Below are positions 48,901-57,439 of a stretch of DNA of 64,000 nucleotides, piece after piece. Below the pieces are notes generated by a model. That model did not search any database. It was not told where the DNA came from and was given only the letters and a program-made list of their open reading frames with translations. The DNA is from a virus (Duplodnaviria > Caudoviricetes), in the IMG/VR virus record IMGVR_UViG_3300048917_000432, positions 993 to 64,992 of that record; one strand, 5' to 3'. The translations under genes were made by a program, and so were the position numbers. The first letter of the stretch is position 1; every line of letters starts with the position of its first letter.

Positions 48901-49390
48901 CGAGGCTCCCATGGCGAGACTGAACGAGCTGGACCTCGACCATGTGTTCGCCGACGGCGGTGCGCTCTACGACCCGATGCGACCGCCGCCGCACCCCGAT
49001 CGCATCCGGACCGAGTACGAGGGTCACACCGGCATCAAGGCGCTGGGCCTGCCCCCCATCGATGCTCCGGACGCCGATTTCGCCGACGCGGTCAGGCGGG
49101 TCGGAACGGCACAGCTGGAGCGGGCCCAGGAGCTGGTCCAGGCCCGGGATGCCGGTGGTGGGGCGATGGTCTTCGACTACCGCAAGCTGGACCGGGACAC
49201 CAATGCGCTCTCCCGCGCCACCCAGCTCCGCCGCCGGTACCACCTGGCGCTGGCCCAGCACCCCGTGCAGGCGCAGGAGCCGGACGTGCGGGACCAGATC
49301 CTTGTCGCCAACAAGGACGATCTGGATGCGGTCCTACGCAACATGAACACTCAATATCCCGATGACAAGCGGCGCGTGATCGAGGGATGA
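45944..49390 (+). CDS. Large putative capsid-internal protein (1148 aa)
   Basis: MPLKEG..QAVAIAL start, ELSK|AW..HRGAGGRF, degenerate JAB-like segment; between portal and protease. Confidence 0.65.
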   Translation: MPLKEGRSAKAVSANIRLLRREGRPEKQAVAIALDQKRKPPVAKFVDAPGFNAHAAEVIYKAMTAMDSESALIFGRILVAEGLHYDLIAHGAEINKAAGELIAKRADALRRQFSRTAVAKSRAGEDASYEIRCLAELSKAWDDRAFSTGARSQRAKEQHRGAGGRFVTEHTRITTDNGRTPAAPRAAEKMDGTPQASHLSGADQAHYQQAYGQIRDMLAPYRNRDLNAVLHLNVQNKKGEERTEILDVKNGQAVGVGDALHSEDRIQTAAVSVHPRAESSASAAFDAVSALGGQTSGALRAGGAAANIATGAAPSVVREYNDRGVGLKGNEAYSGSTRAMNRVADATGLLQDSLGDIAPRKLKYALAVANHVGQFGPEAQKVIGPAADRAAYRYRGTERSLDTKLIGALDQLRRDPLVTNSRQFTEAAIGGIEREEGWDSGAVLTYFHNQLPNPDLNELQRKSGVIPPSEGIIINSKGQVAHQSSGYADDWYLPFNLKHLTGLKGGQYIRTRSFGGPTTEDIYTGLMSGAKSMTVISHNGIYTVDFDRNLRGGRRFNDKAARMVGRYGSLLDAVRNGSVTAGGNVSRSRMNELRASALEIEPDENSTQFKTLVRQAEAEERRNPQLSQVEKDKAAQDWLATAAGRNRTRDGNVQRGDQLVGEVLDRRANEEFLAHKEEAARWGGPPLRSLSQMRAQIGAEYAAAPTKEAQVRLLAEMMGNKQSDRFNAHMTQVDEANKDRLEPLRLNGRGYHTALLALKEQFPYYIADVRYHEWRDETGRGEDTTHERAQDTGYVMPKHNRPQEAQAGYFDDMINGTGKVRADSIRHQNRRVHPDPLPFKERPAAVAGDLDLRATAAGGTEARSNVPDAARAADLAMMHDLQTQTHFAEGAKLLGANAEGVPAEVDFGGGEIRQEINDPRFPNPALREFYSRTPAQLEALPPDELTSLLDQVVGLAQGREKVVAVNPQVAHQFVNRGRVQPAKPLPEAPMARLNELDLDHVFADGGALYDPMRPPPHPDRIRTEYEGHTGIKALGLPPIDAPDADFADAVRRVGTAQLERAQELVQARDAGGGAMVFDYRKLDRDTNALSRATQLRRRYHLALAQHPVQAQEPDVRDQILVANKDDLDAVLRNMNTQYPDDKRRVIEG

Positions 49391-51027
49391 CCACCGCGGC
49401 CGTCGACCACGATCTGGCCTCGTCGGTGCTGGCCTCATTCGGCGTGGTGCGATCCGATCTGCAAGCGGCCAGCCCCCGGGTGGGGCGCGTCGAGACCCAG
49501 GCCTGGGCGGCGTTCGCCTGGCACGCGCATGCCTTCACCAAGCTGCTGGCGGCCGACCTGGCCCCGGAGTACGGCGAGATGCGGGCCACTGCGGTCGCCG
49601 GCGCGCTGACCGAGGCGATCAACCGCACCGCGGCCCAGGCCCTGGCCGAAGCCGTGGACATCCAGCTGGCCCGGGGCTGGGTGCCCGAGGTCGCCTGGCA
49701 GCGGGCCCTGGTCGGCTACGGCCTGAACTCCCGGGGAATGCACGCCCACCTGGCCACCGCGCTGTCCGGTGACCCGAAGACGGCCGCTGCGGTCGTCCCC
49801 CCGGCGGCCCGCGCGCTCACCGAGCGGCTGCTGGTGGGCTACGCCCAGGATGTGGCCAGGGACGGGATCACCGCGGCGCAGCAACTGTCCACCGAGGAAA
49901 TCTCCAAGGACTACGACCCCAAGGAGCCTCGGGACGAGTCCGGCCGGTGGACCCGTTCCGCGCGTTCTGCGCGAGTCGCGGAGAAGCCCACCGAGAAGGA
50001 TGCGGTGGATGAGGTCCTGGCGGGCGTGACCGAAGAAGTGCCGGACCGATACGCAGCGGCCAGGCCGGATCGATATGCCTCGGCCACGCCCGATCGGTAC
50101 GCGTCGGCCACGCCCGACCGGTATGCAACCGCACAGGCTGACCGCTACGCAACTGCACGGGCCGACCGCTATGCCGCGGCCAAGCCGGATCGCTATGCCA
50201 ACGCGACGGCCAAGGAGCGGAAGCAGCGGCGTCGCACCCTGATCATGGTCATGCCCGGGGTCAAGGACGAGGAGGCCACCGAGCAGGCGATGGAGGCCGA
50301 GGCCACCGGGCATGGCGGGTTCTTCCTGCCCATGTCGGACCTGGGGGTCTACGTTTCGGGGGCGGCCTACATGAACGCCGGCGAGAACGTGCAGGGGCTG
50401 CTCAACTTCTCCGTGATCCGGGACTTCTACAACTCGGTCGAGGACACCAACAACCCCATCGAGCTGCGGCACGCGCATGACCCGTGGGACATGGCGTCGG
50501 GCATCGAGATCGGTGACGCCGACTGGGACGACCTGGTTGACGACGCGCTGGAGCTGCACGACGAGGTGATGGAAGACCCGGTGTTCGCCGCGTCCCAGCT
50601 GAGCGGCCGGGAGCTCGAGCGGATCGGCGAGACCGCGGGGTACCCGTTGGCTTCGGCGGAGAAGATCAAGCGGCGGATCGCTGACGATTTCGACGCTCAC
50701 CAGGCCGGTATCGACTTCGACCCGAGCTTGCTGGACGCGCTGGCCGACCATGTGGTGTGGCGTAACGCCGACGTGCTGGGCGATGAGGGGGCCAGGTTCT
50801 CCGAGCGGCTGTCCGAGCTGGGCCTGGAGGAGGAGCTGGACGAGGACCCGCCCGAGGTGCTGGCGTTCACCGGCGGCCTGGCCGACGACGACGACAGCGC
50901 GAACATGAGCGGGCAATACGTGGCCCGCAGCGTGCTCTACCGCTCTGCGCTGGGGACGTTCCGGACCTCAACACCCCACGGCGTGATCGGGATGCGGGAA
51001 GTGATCATGCATCCGGATCGCGTGTAG
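49387..51027 (+). CDS. Putative head protein (MuF-like N-terminus, octapeptide repeats, acidic C-domain)
   Basis: GYGLNSR; EISK|DYDPKEPRDESGRW; 7 x DRYA repeats. Confidence 0.6.
   Translation: MTTAAVDHDLASSVLASFGVVRSDLQAASPRVGRVETQAWAAFAWHAHAFTKLLAADLAPEYGEMRATAVAGALTEAINRTAAQALAEAVDIQLARGWVPEVAWQRALVGYGLNSRGMHAHLATALSGDPKTAAAVVPPAARALTERLLVGYAQDVARDGITAAQQLSTEEISKDYDPKEPRDESGRWTRSARSARVAEKPTEKDAVDEVLAGVTEEVPDRYAAARPDRYASATPDRYASATPDRYATAQADRYATARADRYAAAKPDRYANATAKERKQRRRTLIMVMPGVKDEEATEQAMEAEATGHGGFFLPMSDLGVYVSGAAYMNAGENVQGLLNFSVIRDFYNSVEDTNNPIELRHAHDPWDMASGIEIGDADWDDLVDDALELHDEVMEDPVFAASQLSGRELERIGETAGYPLASAEKIKRRIADDFDAHQAGIDFDPSLLDALADHVVWRNADVLGDEGARFSERLSELGLEEELDEDPPEVLAFTGGLADDDDSANMSGQYVARSVLYRSALGTFRTSTPHGVIGMREVIMHPDRV
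50041..50208 (+). repeat. Seven 24-nt repeats encoding (P/A)DRYA-x-A-x
   Basis: Strict 8-aa period with diverged synonymous codons. Confidence 0.9.
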
Positions 51028-51049
51028 CGGCCAGCCCGACACTAGGGAT

Positions 51050-53728
51050 ATGACCCAGACCGCTCAGCCGCCCGTGGACCCGGTGTTCGCGGGCATCGCC
51101 AAGGCGCTCTACGGCGACGTCGATCCCCGCGAGGTGTTGGCCAAGTTCAGCCCCGGCAGCTCCGATCTGCACATGGACGGGCCGGTCGATCCGAAGAAGC
51201 AGGCCGCGCGGGAGAAGAAGCTGGCCGCGATCGGCATGGGCAGCACCGCTGTGGCCGGTGTCGGCGGTCTGCACGCGCTGTCCGCGACCCGCAAAGAGAT
51301 CCTGCACTCGTTCGCCGACAAGGGGTCGGAAAAGGCCGCCGCCAAGCTGAAGACGATCAACGACAAGGCAGCCACGAAGACCGCCGCGCGCGCCGCGCGG
51401 GTCGCTAGTGCGAAGGGCCCGACCGGCAAGGTGCTGCGCACCATCGCTGCCCACCCGCGACAGGCTGCCGCAGCCGCCGGGGCGGGGTGGGTCGGTCTGC
51501 ACGGTGTGGAGCTGGCCGCCGACTCACTGGCCATGCGGGCCAACGCCAAGGCCTACCGCAACGCCCAGCGCAAGCAGCAGGGGGTGTCCAAGGCGTTCCG
51601 GCTCAAGCCGCTGAACGTGGTGGGGGCCAAGCTGCCCAGCCTGCGGGCCAAGCGCCCGGCGGCCAACCCGCTGCCGAAGACACCGACTGCCCAGGGCGCG
51701 CTGTTCAAGCCGGTCGTCAAGAAGTCTGCCGCTGTGGTCATCATCGCCAAGGCCGGCAAGCACGCGTGGGAACCCATCAAGGTTGCCCCGGTGACGGGAT
51801 CGACGTTCAACTCCAACACTGGCCAGGGCGCCGGCAACCTGGGCGGCCAACAGGCTTACCAGGGCAAGCACCGTGCCCCGCCCGGTGCGACACCGCCGCC
51901 CCAGCCGGGCGCGACCCCGCCGCCCAAGCCGAACGCGACCCCGCCGACGCCGAAGCCCGGCGGCACCCCGGCGGGTGTCGACGGCACCGCACCCAAGGCG
52001 GGTCGGCTCATCCCCAAGCTCAAGAAGCTGGGCAAGCCCGGCTTGATCGCGGGCGGCCTGGTCGGCGCCGGAGTGGCCGGCGCTGCTGTCGGGGGCCGCA
52101 GGAAGAACGACGACCTGTCCAAGGGCGTCATCGGCGGCGTCAGGCGCACCGTGACGAACGCGGAGAAGGCCACCGGGCACGCCAGCAACGCAGCCAGGGA
52201 GGCGGCCGAGGCCACCGCCAAGATCAACGACCTGATCCCCAGCAAGAAGACCCTGAAGCGGGTCGCGCTGGGGACGGCCGGGGTCGGCTCGTTCGGCGTG
52301 GGCGGAGCCTATGGCGCCGGGAGGGCCGCCGGGCAGAAGAAGGAGCGCCGTCGGCAAGCCCGGCAGGAGCGGCCGATCCTGGTCCCGTCGAGCGTGACCA
52401 AGTCGGTGACCTGGACCGGCGCGATCGCCAAGGTCGACGCCGACAAGCGCCAGGTGTTCGGCTGGGCCTCCGTGTCGGCGATCAACGGCGAGCAGGTGAT
52501 CGATCTGCAGGGCGACATCGTGCCGATCGAGGAGACCGAGAAGGCCGCCTATCGCTACGTGATGGAGTCGCGCAAGGGCGGCGACATGCACCGCCGGGTG
52601 GCCAAGGCCGCCGACGAGCCGCTGCACACCGCGGACCTGATCGAGTCGTTCGTGGTCACCGGCGAGAAGCTGGAGAAGATGGGCCTGGCCCCCAACTCGC
52701 TGCCGCACGGCTGGTGGGTCGGGTTCAAGGTGAACGACGACGAGCAGTGGGGCCTGGTCAAGTCCGGCCACCGGGCCGGGTTCTCCATCCACGGCGCCGG
52801 CGTGCGTACCCCGGCCGGCATCTCCAAGGCCGATGCGCCCAAGGTGCTGAAGCTGCTGCCCGGCAAGCACCGCGGGCTGGCCGAGGCCAGCGCTTCCGGG
52901 GTGGGGCAGCACCGCGCCGCCGCTGACCGCAACAACTGGCGCAAGATCCAGCGGATCGGTGAGCGGTCCGCCCAGTGGGTGCCCGTAGGCCCCAAGCATC
53001 TGGCCAAGGCCGACCGGCGGTTCAAGACCGAGGGCGGCCAGCACCGGCAGGAGAAGACGCTGGCGCGGGCCAAGGCCGACCCCTGGGTGGTGCCGCTGCA
53101 TGCGAAGAAGCGCACCCCTGCCGACAAGCTGAAGCTGAAGATGATCGCGCACGGCGGGCTGATCAACCGGGTCGTCGACTACACCCCCAACGTCCTGCAG
53201 ACGGTGGGGACGCAGGTCTACCCGTTGCTCAAGGCCGACGTGGACAAGTCCTTCGACGATGTGAAGGACACCCTGTCCGATGCCAAGCGCACGGCGGGCA
53301 AGAAGGTGCGCCGGATCAAGGGCTCGCTGAAGACCCGCACCGACCAGGCGCTGCACCCGCCGAGCGTCAAGCTCAAGCCGGTCGACTCCTCTGCCGTGTC
53401 GGAGATGGGCTATCAGCCCCAGACCCGGCGGCTGGCCTACCAGCTGCGCAGCAACCCGGGCACCCAGTACACCTACAAGGTGCCGGTCACCGAGGGGGTG
53501 TCGGCGCTAAGCGCCGAGTCGAAGGGTCGGCACTACGCCACCAAGGTGGCGCGCAAGGCCAAGCGATCGGACAAGGTGACCCCGGTCGACCGGGCTCGGC
53601 TGTTCATCAAGCCCGACGTGAGCAAGGCCCTCAAACCCGCCGGGACGCCAGCCGGCAAGTCGTCTGCCCCCTCGGGCGCACGCCCTGGCGCTCCGACGGG
53701 CTCCATTGGAAAGGCTAGGACTCCATGA
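51050..53728 (+). CDS. Capsid maturation protease polyprotein (XkdF-like core + KTSC + Gly/Ala-rich modules)
   Basis: RQVFGWASV..DLQGD..EKAA..DMH..ESFV..GWWVGFKV..W..V..G..GFSIHG; KTSC-like VDSSAVSEMGYQPQTRRL. Confidence 0.85.
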   Translation: MTQTAQPPVDPVFAGIAKALYGDVDPREVLAKFSPGSSDLHMDGPVDPKKQAAREKKLAAIGMGSTAVAGVGGLHALSATRKEILHSFADKGSEKAAAKLKTINDKAATKTAARAARVASAKGPTGKVLRTIAAHPRQAAAAAGAGWVGLHGVELAADSLAMRANAKAYRNAQRKQQGVSKAFRLKPLNVVGAKLPSLRAKRPAANPLPKTPTAQGALFKPVVKKSAAVVIIAKAGKHAWEPIKVAPVTGSTFNSNTGQGAGNLGGQQAYQGKHRAPPGATPPPQPGATPPPKPNATPPTPKPGGTPAGVDGTAPKAGRLIPKLKKLGKPGLIAGGLVGAGVAGAAVGGRRKNDDLSKGVIGGVRRTVTNAEKATGHASNAAREAAEATAKINDLIPSKKTLKRVALGTAGVGSFGVGGAYGAGRAAGQKKERRRQARQERPILVPSSVTKSVTWTGAIAKVDADKRQVFGWASVSAINGEQVIDLQGDIVPIEETEKAAYRYVMESRKGGDMHRRVAKAADEPLHTADLIESFVVTGEKLEKMGLAPNSLPHGWWVGFKVNDDEQWGLVKSGHRAGFSIHGAGVRTPAGISKADAPKVLKLLPGKHRGLAEASASGVGQHRAAADRNNWRKIQRIGERSAQWVPVGPKHLAKADRRFKTEGGQHRQEKTLARAKADPWVVPLHAKKRTPADKLKLKMIAHGGLINRVVDYTPNVLQTVGTQVYPLLKADVDKSFDDVKDTLSDAKRTAGKKVRRIKGSLKTRTDQALHPPSVKLKPVDSSAVSEMGYQPQTRRLAYQLRSNPGTQYTYKVPVTEGVSALSAESKGRHYATKVARKAKRSDKVTPVDRARLFIKPDVSKALKPAGTPAGKSSAPSGARPGAPTGSIGKARTP

Positions 53729-55305
53729 CGGTTTCCGCGTTCGGTGTCGACGACTACCGCATCTCCAAGGCCGACGACAAGAGGCGGCGTCGCCAGGATG
53801 CGGCGCTCCTCGCCGCCGGCACTGCCGGCACCGCTGCCGCCTATGGCGGTGATCATGTGGAGCGTGGGGCCAGGGTGTTGCATGCGGAGCATCACGACAA
53901 GGCGATGGAGCACAGCGTCCGGGCGATGGGGAGTCGCGCGCGGGGAAAGTCGGACGCGGTCCACGCGGCGCTGCGAGACGAGCATGTCGCGGCCGCCAAG
54001 ACCGCCAGGAAATGGGCGGTAGGTGCCAAGCGGGTGAAGTACGGCGGGCTGGGGCTGGCCGCGGGCGCTCTGACCCCCCTGGCCATCCGGGGTATCAGGG
54101 ACCAGAAGGAAAAGGTCGGCAAGGCGCTCGGCGACCCCCCGAAGGCCAGACACGCCCAGGAGCGGAAGAAGGCCGGTCTGGGTGCCGCTGGTGTCGGCTA
54201 CCTGGCGGCCACCCGCGCCAAGGACGTTTCCCCGCACGCCGCCGAGATGGTGACCCGCTCGGCAAAGAAGATCGGCGAGGCGGAACGAGCGACCCGGATC
54301 GCGCGCAAGGTCAAGGTGATGGACCAGGTCGCCGGCAAGGGCGGCGCCGGGCTGGTCGCCGCCGGGCTGGGGCTGGCCACCGAGGGCTACATCAACGACC
54401 TGCGGCACCGGAAGGTGTTCGAGCACGCCAAGAAGAAGACGTTCGGCAAGGCGTACACCCCGGGCGAGATCAGCTATCACGACACCCAGTCGCAGATCCA
54501 TTCGCGCAAGGCCTCGTCGGCCGAGAAGCGGAAGCGCGCCGGCGACACAACGATCGCCGCGGGGTTGGTCGGTGGGGGCCTCGGGTATCACTACGCGCCT
54601 CAAGCTGCCCGGGCGGCCGGGCGGGTGGCCGACAAGACCGAGAGCCACGGCAAGGTGGCCAATACGCTCCGGTCCGCACCCAAGCTGCGCCGTGGCGCGC
54701 TGGGTGCCGGTCTTGGTGCGGCCACAGTGGGGGCCGGTCTGCTGGCCGAGGGGCACATCACCGCCGCTCGCCACCGGGGCAAGAAGACTGCTGAGCTGCG
54801 GGCCGTGCAGGAGGCCCGTCAGCGCCGTAACGCTGCCGAGCTGAACAAGTCGGCGTTCTTCGTCGAGAAGGCGTTCGACTCCGAGCGTCAGCGGCACAAG
54901 CGGGCCGATCTGTACGAAGGGGCCGCTGCGGGTGGCGCGGTCGCGGCCGGTACCGGCGCCGGAGTGCTGGCCGGCAAGTCGGTGAAGCTCAAGGTGAAGG
55001 CCGCGGGGAAGACGAAGGCTGCGGCCAACAACCGAGCGGAGGCCTCGGAGGCTCTGCGCCGGATGAACCTGGACCCCAAGGATCCGATCCGGTTGGTCCG
55101 CAACAAGACGAATGTCGAGGCCACTGCGCGCAGGCTGCGATCGGCCGCCGGACAGGATGCCGTGGCTCGGAAGGCGCGCATCGCCAGTCGTGCCCTCAGC
55201 GGCGGGGCCAAGGGCGCGGCCCTGGGCGCGGCCGGGCTGGGCGCTGCTGCCTATGGCGTCCACCGATCGGACCGCAAGGGGTCCGGCCGTTCCTACGCGT
55301 ACTGA
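53725..55305 (+). CDS. Putative capsid-internal polyprotein, four helical-hairpin modules
   Basis: SAFGVDDYRISK leader; paired Gly/Ala-rich hydrophobic helices; Lys/Arg-rich. Confidence 0.7.
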   Translation: MTVSAFGVDDYRISKADDKRRRRQDAALLAAGTAGTAAAYGGDHVERGARVLHAEHHDKAMEHSVRAMGSRARGKSDAVHAALRDEHVAAAKTARKWAVGAKRVKYGGLGLAAGALTPLAIRGIRDQKEKVGKALGDPPKARHAQERKKAGLGAAGVGYLAATRAKDVSPHAAEMVTRSAKKIGEAERATRIARKVKVMDQVAGKGGAGLVAAGLGLATEGYINDLRHRKVFEHAKKKTFGKAYTPGEISYHDTQSQIHSRKASSAEKRKRAGDTTIAAGLVGGGLGYHYAPQAARAAGRVADKTESHGKVANTLRSAPKLRRGALGAGLGAATVGAGLLAEGHITAARHRGKKTAELRAVQEARQRRNAAELNKSAFFVEKAFDSERQRHKRADLYEGAAAGGAVAAGTGAGVLAGKSVKLKVKAAGKTKAAANNRAEASEALRRMNLDPKDPIRLVRNKTNVEATARRLRSAAGQDAVARKARIASRALSGGAKGAALGAAGLGAAAYGVHRSDRKGSGRSYAY

Positions 55306-55319
55306 GAAGGGTTACAGCT

Positions 55320-56141
55320 ATGGGAATCTCAGCATTCGGCGTAGACGACAGCCGGATCTCCAAAGCCAGAGGCGACAAGGAGAAGGCTGCCGCGGCCGCA
55401 ACCGGTGTGGGCTCGGTTGCAGCGAGCGGTGTCGCCGTCGGGCATGTCGCCCAGGCTGCCAATCATTCGACCAACGCGAAGTCGCACGTCCGGGTCGTTG
55501 GACGTTTGGAGCAGCGCGCGGAGGACATGCGCGAGGCCTACCGGAAGAGCCCGAGAACCAAGGCCCACGGAGACCAGGCGGCCAGCCACATCCGGCAATA
55601 CCGGGACTCGGCCGGGGTGCACATGGATCACGCGCTCAGCGAGCGCGCTGCGGGAGTCAAGGCCGCCGGGAAGGCGATCCGCGCCGGGAAGGTCGCCGGA
55701 GTCACCGCGCTCGCGGCCGGTGGCCTGGCCGGCACCGGGGCGTACCGGTCACGCAAGAACGTTGCCAAATCGAGAGAGGGCTCGGAAATGAACTACTCAG
55801 CGTTCGGCGTCCAGGACGACCGGATTTCCAAGGCGGACGACGAGCCGCGACCCAAGGCCAGCGCGGGGCGGATCGCCACCGGGGCGCTGGTGCCGTCATG
55901 GCACGGCGCGATCGCCGGCAGGAAGGGTCACAAGCTGCGCGCCATCGGGAACGAGTGGGGCGGCGGCCTCCTTGGCGGTGCCGCCGGCCAGGGGGCCGGC
56001 GCCCTCGCCACCGCGGCCACGAGGGGCAAGGTCAAGGGCCTCAGAATCGGCGGAGGCGTCACGGGCAGCCTCGCCGGCGGTGCCACGGGCACTGTCCGCG
56101 CGCAGAAGAAGGGCCACCTGAAGCGCGAGGACAACAGCTGA
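55320..56141 (+). CDS. Putative capsid-internal polyprotein, two modules
   Basis: SAFGVDDSRISK leader and internal MNYSAFGVQDDRISK. Confidence 0.7.
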   Translation: MGISAFGVDDSRISKARGDKEKAAAAATGVGSVAASGVAVGHVAQAANHSTNAKSHVRVVGRLEQRAEDMREAYRKSPRTKAHGDQAASHIRQYRDSAGVHMDHALSERAAGVKAAGKAIRAGKVAGVTALAAGGLAGTGAYRSRKNVAKSREGSEMNYSAFGVQDDRISKADDEPRPKASAGRIATGALVPSWHGAIAGRKGHKLRAIGNEWGGGLLGGAAGQGAGALATAATRGKVKGLRIGGGVTGSLAGGATGTVRAQKKGHLKREDNS

Positions 56142-56190
56142 TCCTGCGTGTTGCGCGTATCCCGAGACTTAGAACCAAGGAGGCGAACAC

Positions 56191-57012
56191 ATGCCGCAGG
56201 CCGTACAGATCGTGAAGGACATGGAGATCGATGAGATCTCCCTGGTCGATCGAGCAGCCAACCAATCAGCGGCCATCGTGATCGCCAAGAGGGCCGACCA
56301 GGAGGATGGCATGCCCGATTACACGGATCAGGACGGCAACGAGCTGGACTTGAGCCAGTTCGAAGAGGGTGACGTCCTCGAGGGCGAAGATGGTCAGCTC
56401 TATGAGGTGACCTACGGCGACGACGATGACGAGGACGAGGACGACGACTACGAGGACTCCGAAGTCGGGGAACTCGTCGGAGTCGGCAAGTCGGCCTTCG
56501 GCGCCAGCTACGACGCCGGGGTGATCGCCGGCATCCGCGACGAGTTGTCCAAGGCGGTCAGCCAGGACGACCAGAACGCGGTGCTGAGCAAGGCTCTCGG
56601 CACGCTGGCCAAGCGGGCCGAGGAGGCTGAGTCCCGACTGCAGCGCGCCGAGGAAGTGGCCAAGGCCGAGCGCGATCTGCGCCTGGAGCGGGAGTACATC
56701 TCCAAGGCCGCCGAGTACAACGTCCCGGTCGACCCGACCGAGCTCGGCCCGGTGCTCATGCGGGCCACCGAATCGCTGTCCTACGAGGACTGCGCGGTGT
56801 TGCACAAGGCCCTGAGCTCCGCCGGCGAGATGCTGTACACCGAGGCGGGTTACGACGGCCGGGCCCTTGCTGAGGACCCGATGGCCGAGATCGAAGCCCT
56901 GGTCGAGGGCCAGGTCGCCAAGGGCGACGTGTCCAAGGCCGGCGCCCTGACCGCCTTCTTCGATGACAACCCGGGCGCGTACGACGCGTACCGGGCCGAG
57001 CGGACCCGCTGA
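56191..57012 (+). CDS. Scaffolding protein with protease-like N-terminal strand
   Basis: RBS AGGAGG; IDEISLVDRAANQ; acidic linker; coiled coil; precedes cement and capsid. Confidence 0.75.
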   Translation: MPQAVQIVKDMEIDEISLVDRAANQSAAIVIAKRADQEDGMPDYTDQDGNELDLSQFEEGDVLEGEDGQLYEVTYGDDDDEDEDDDYEDSEVGELVGVGKSAFGASYDAGVIAGIRDELSKAVSQDDQNAVLSKALGTLAKRAEEAESRLQRAEEVAKAERDLRLEREYISKAAEYNVPVDPTELGPVLMRATESLSYEDCAVLHKALSSAGEMLYTEAGYDGRALAEDPMAEIEALVEGQVAKGDVSKAGALTAFFDDNPGAYDAYRAERTR

Positions 57013-57022
57013 GGAGCGACTG

Positions 57023-57424
57023 ATGGCCTACGACGAGACCCAGCGGCGAATCTCGCTGGATGCCGACGCTTCGTTGGCGATCCGGACGGGCGTGCCGGGC
57101 ATGCCCGGTTCGGCCGACCCGAACGGCGGCAAGCAGTACTACTTCGTGAAGGTGACCGGTGAGCACCAGGCCGGCCTGGTCTCCGCGGCCGCTGGAGACT
57201 CGGTCGGGGTGATGCAGAACAAGCCCCAGATCCTCGGTGAGGCGGCCACGGTCTGCATCAGCGGGGTCAGCCTCGTGGTGGCCGGCACCGCTCTCGTCGC
57301 CGGTGATCCGGTCGCAGCCGGCGCCGACGGCCGCGGCACCAAGTGGACCACCGGCACCCAGGTGGGAACCGTTATTCAGGGCGCAGGGGTCGGACAGCTC
57401 GCTGTCGTCCTTGTGCGGATCTAA
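57023..57424 (+). CDS. Capsid cement/decoration protein (DUF2190-like)
   Basis: YYFVKV..VGVMQNKP..GEAATV..GVSLVVAG..GDPV. Confidence 0.75.
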   Translation: MAYDETQRRISLDADASLAIRTGVPGMPGSADPNGGKQYYFVKVTGEHQAGLVSAAAGDSVGVMQNKPQILGEAATVCISGVSLVVAGTALVAGDPVAAGADGRGTKWTTGTQVGTVIQGAGVGQLAVVLVRI

Positions 57425-57439
57425 GAGAGGACCGGACCA

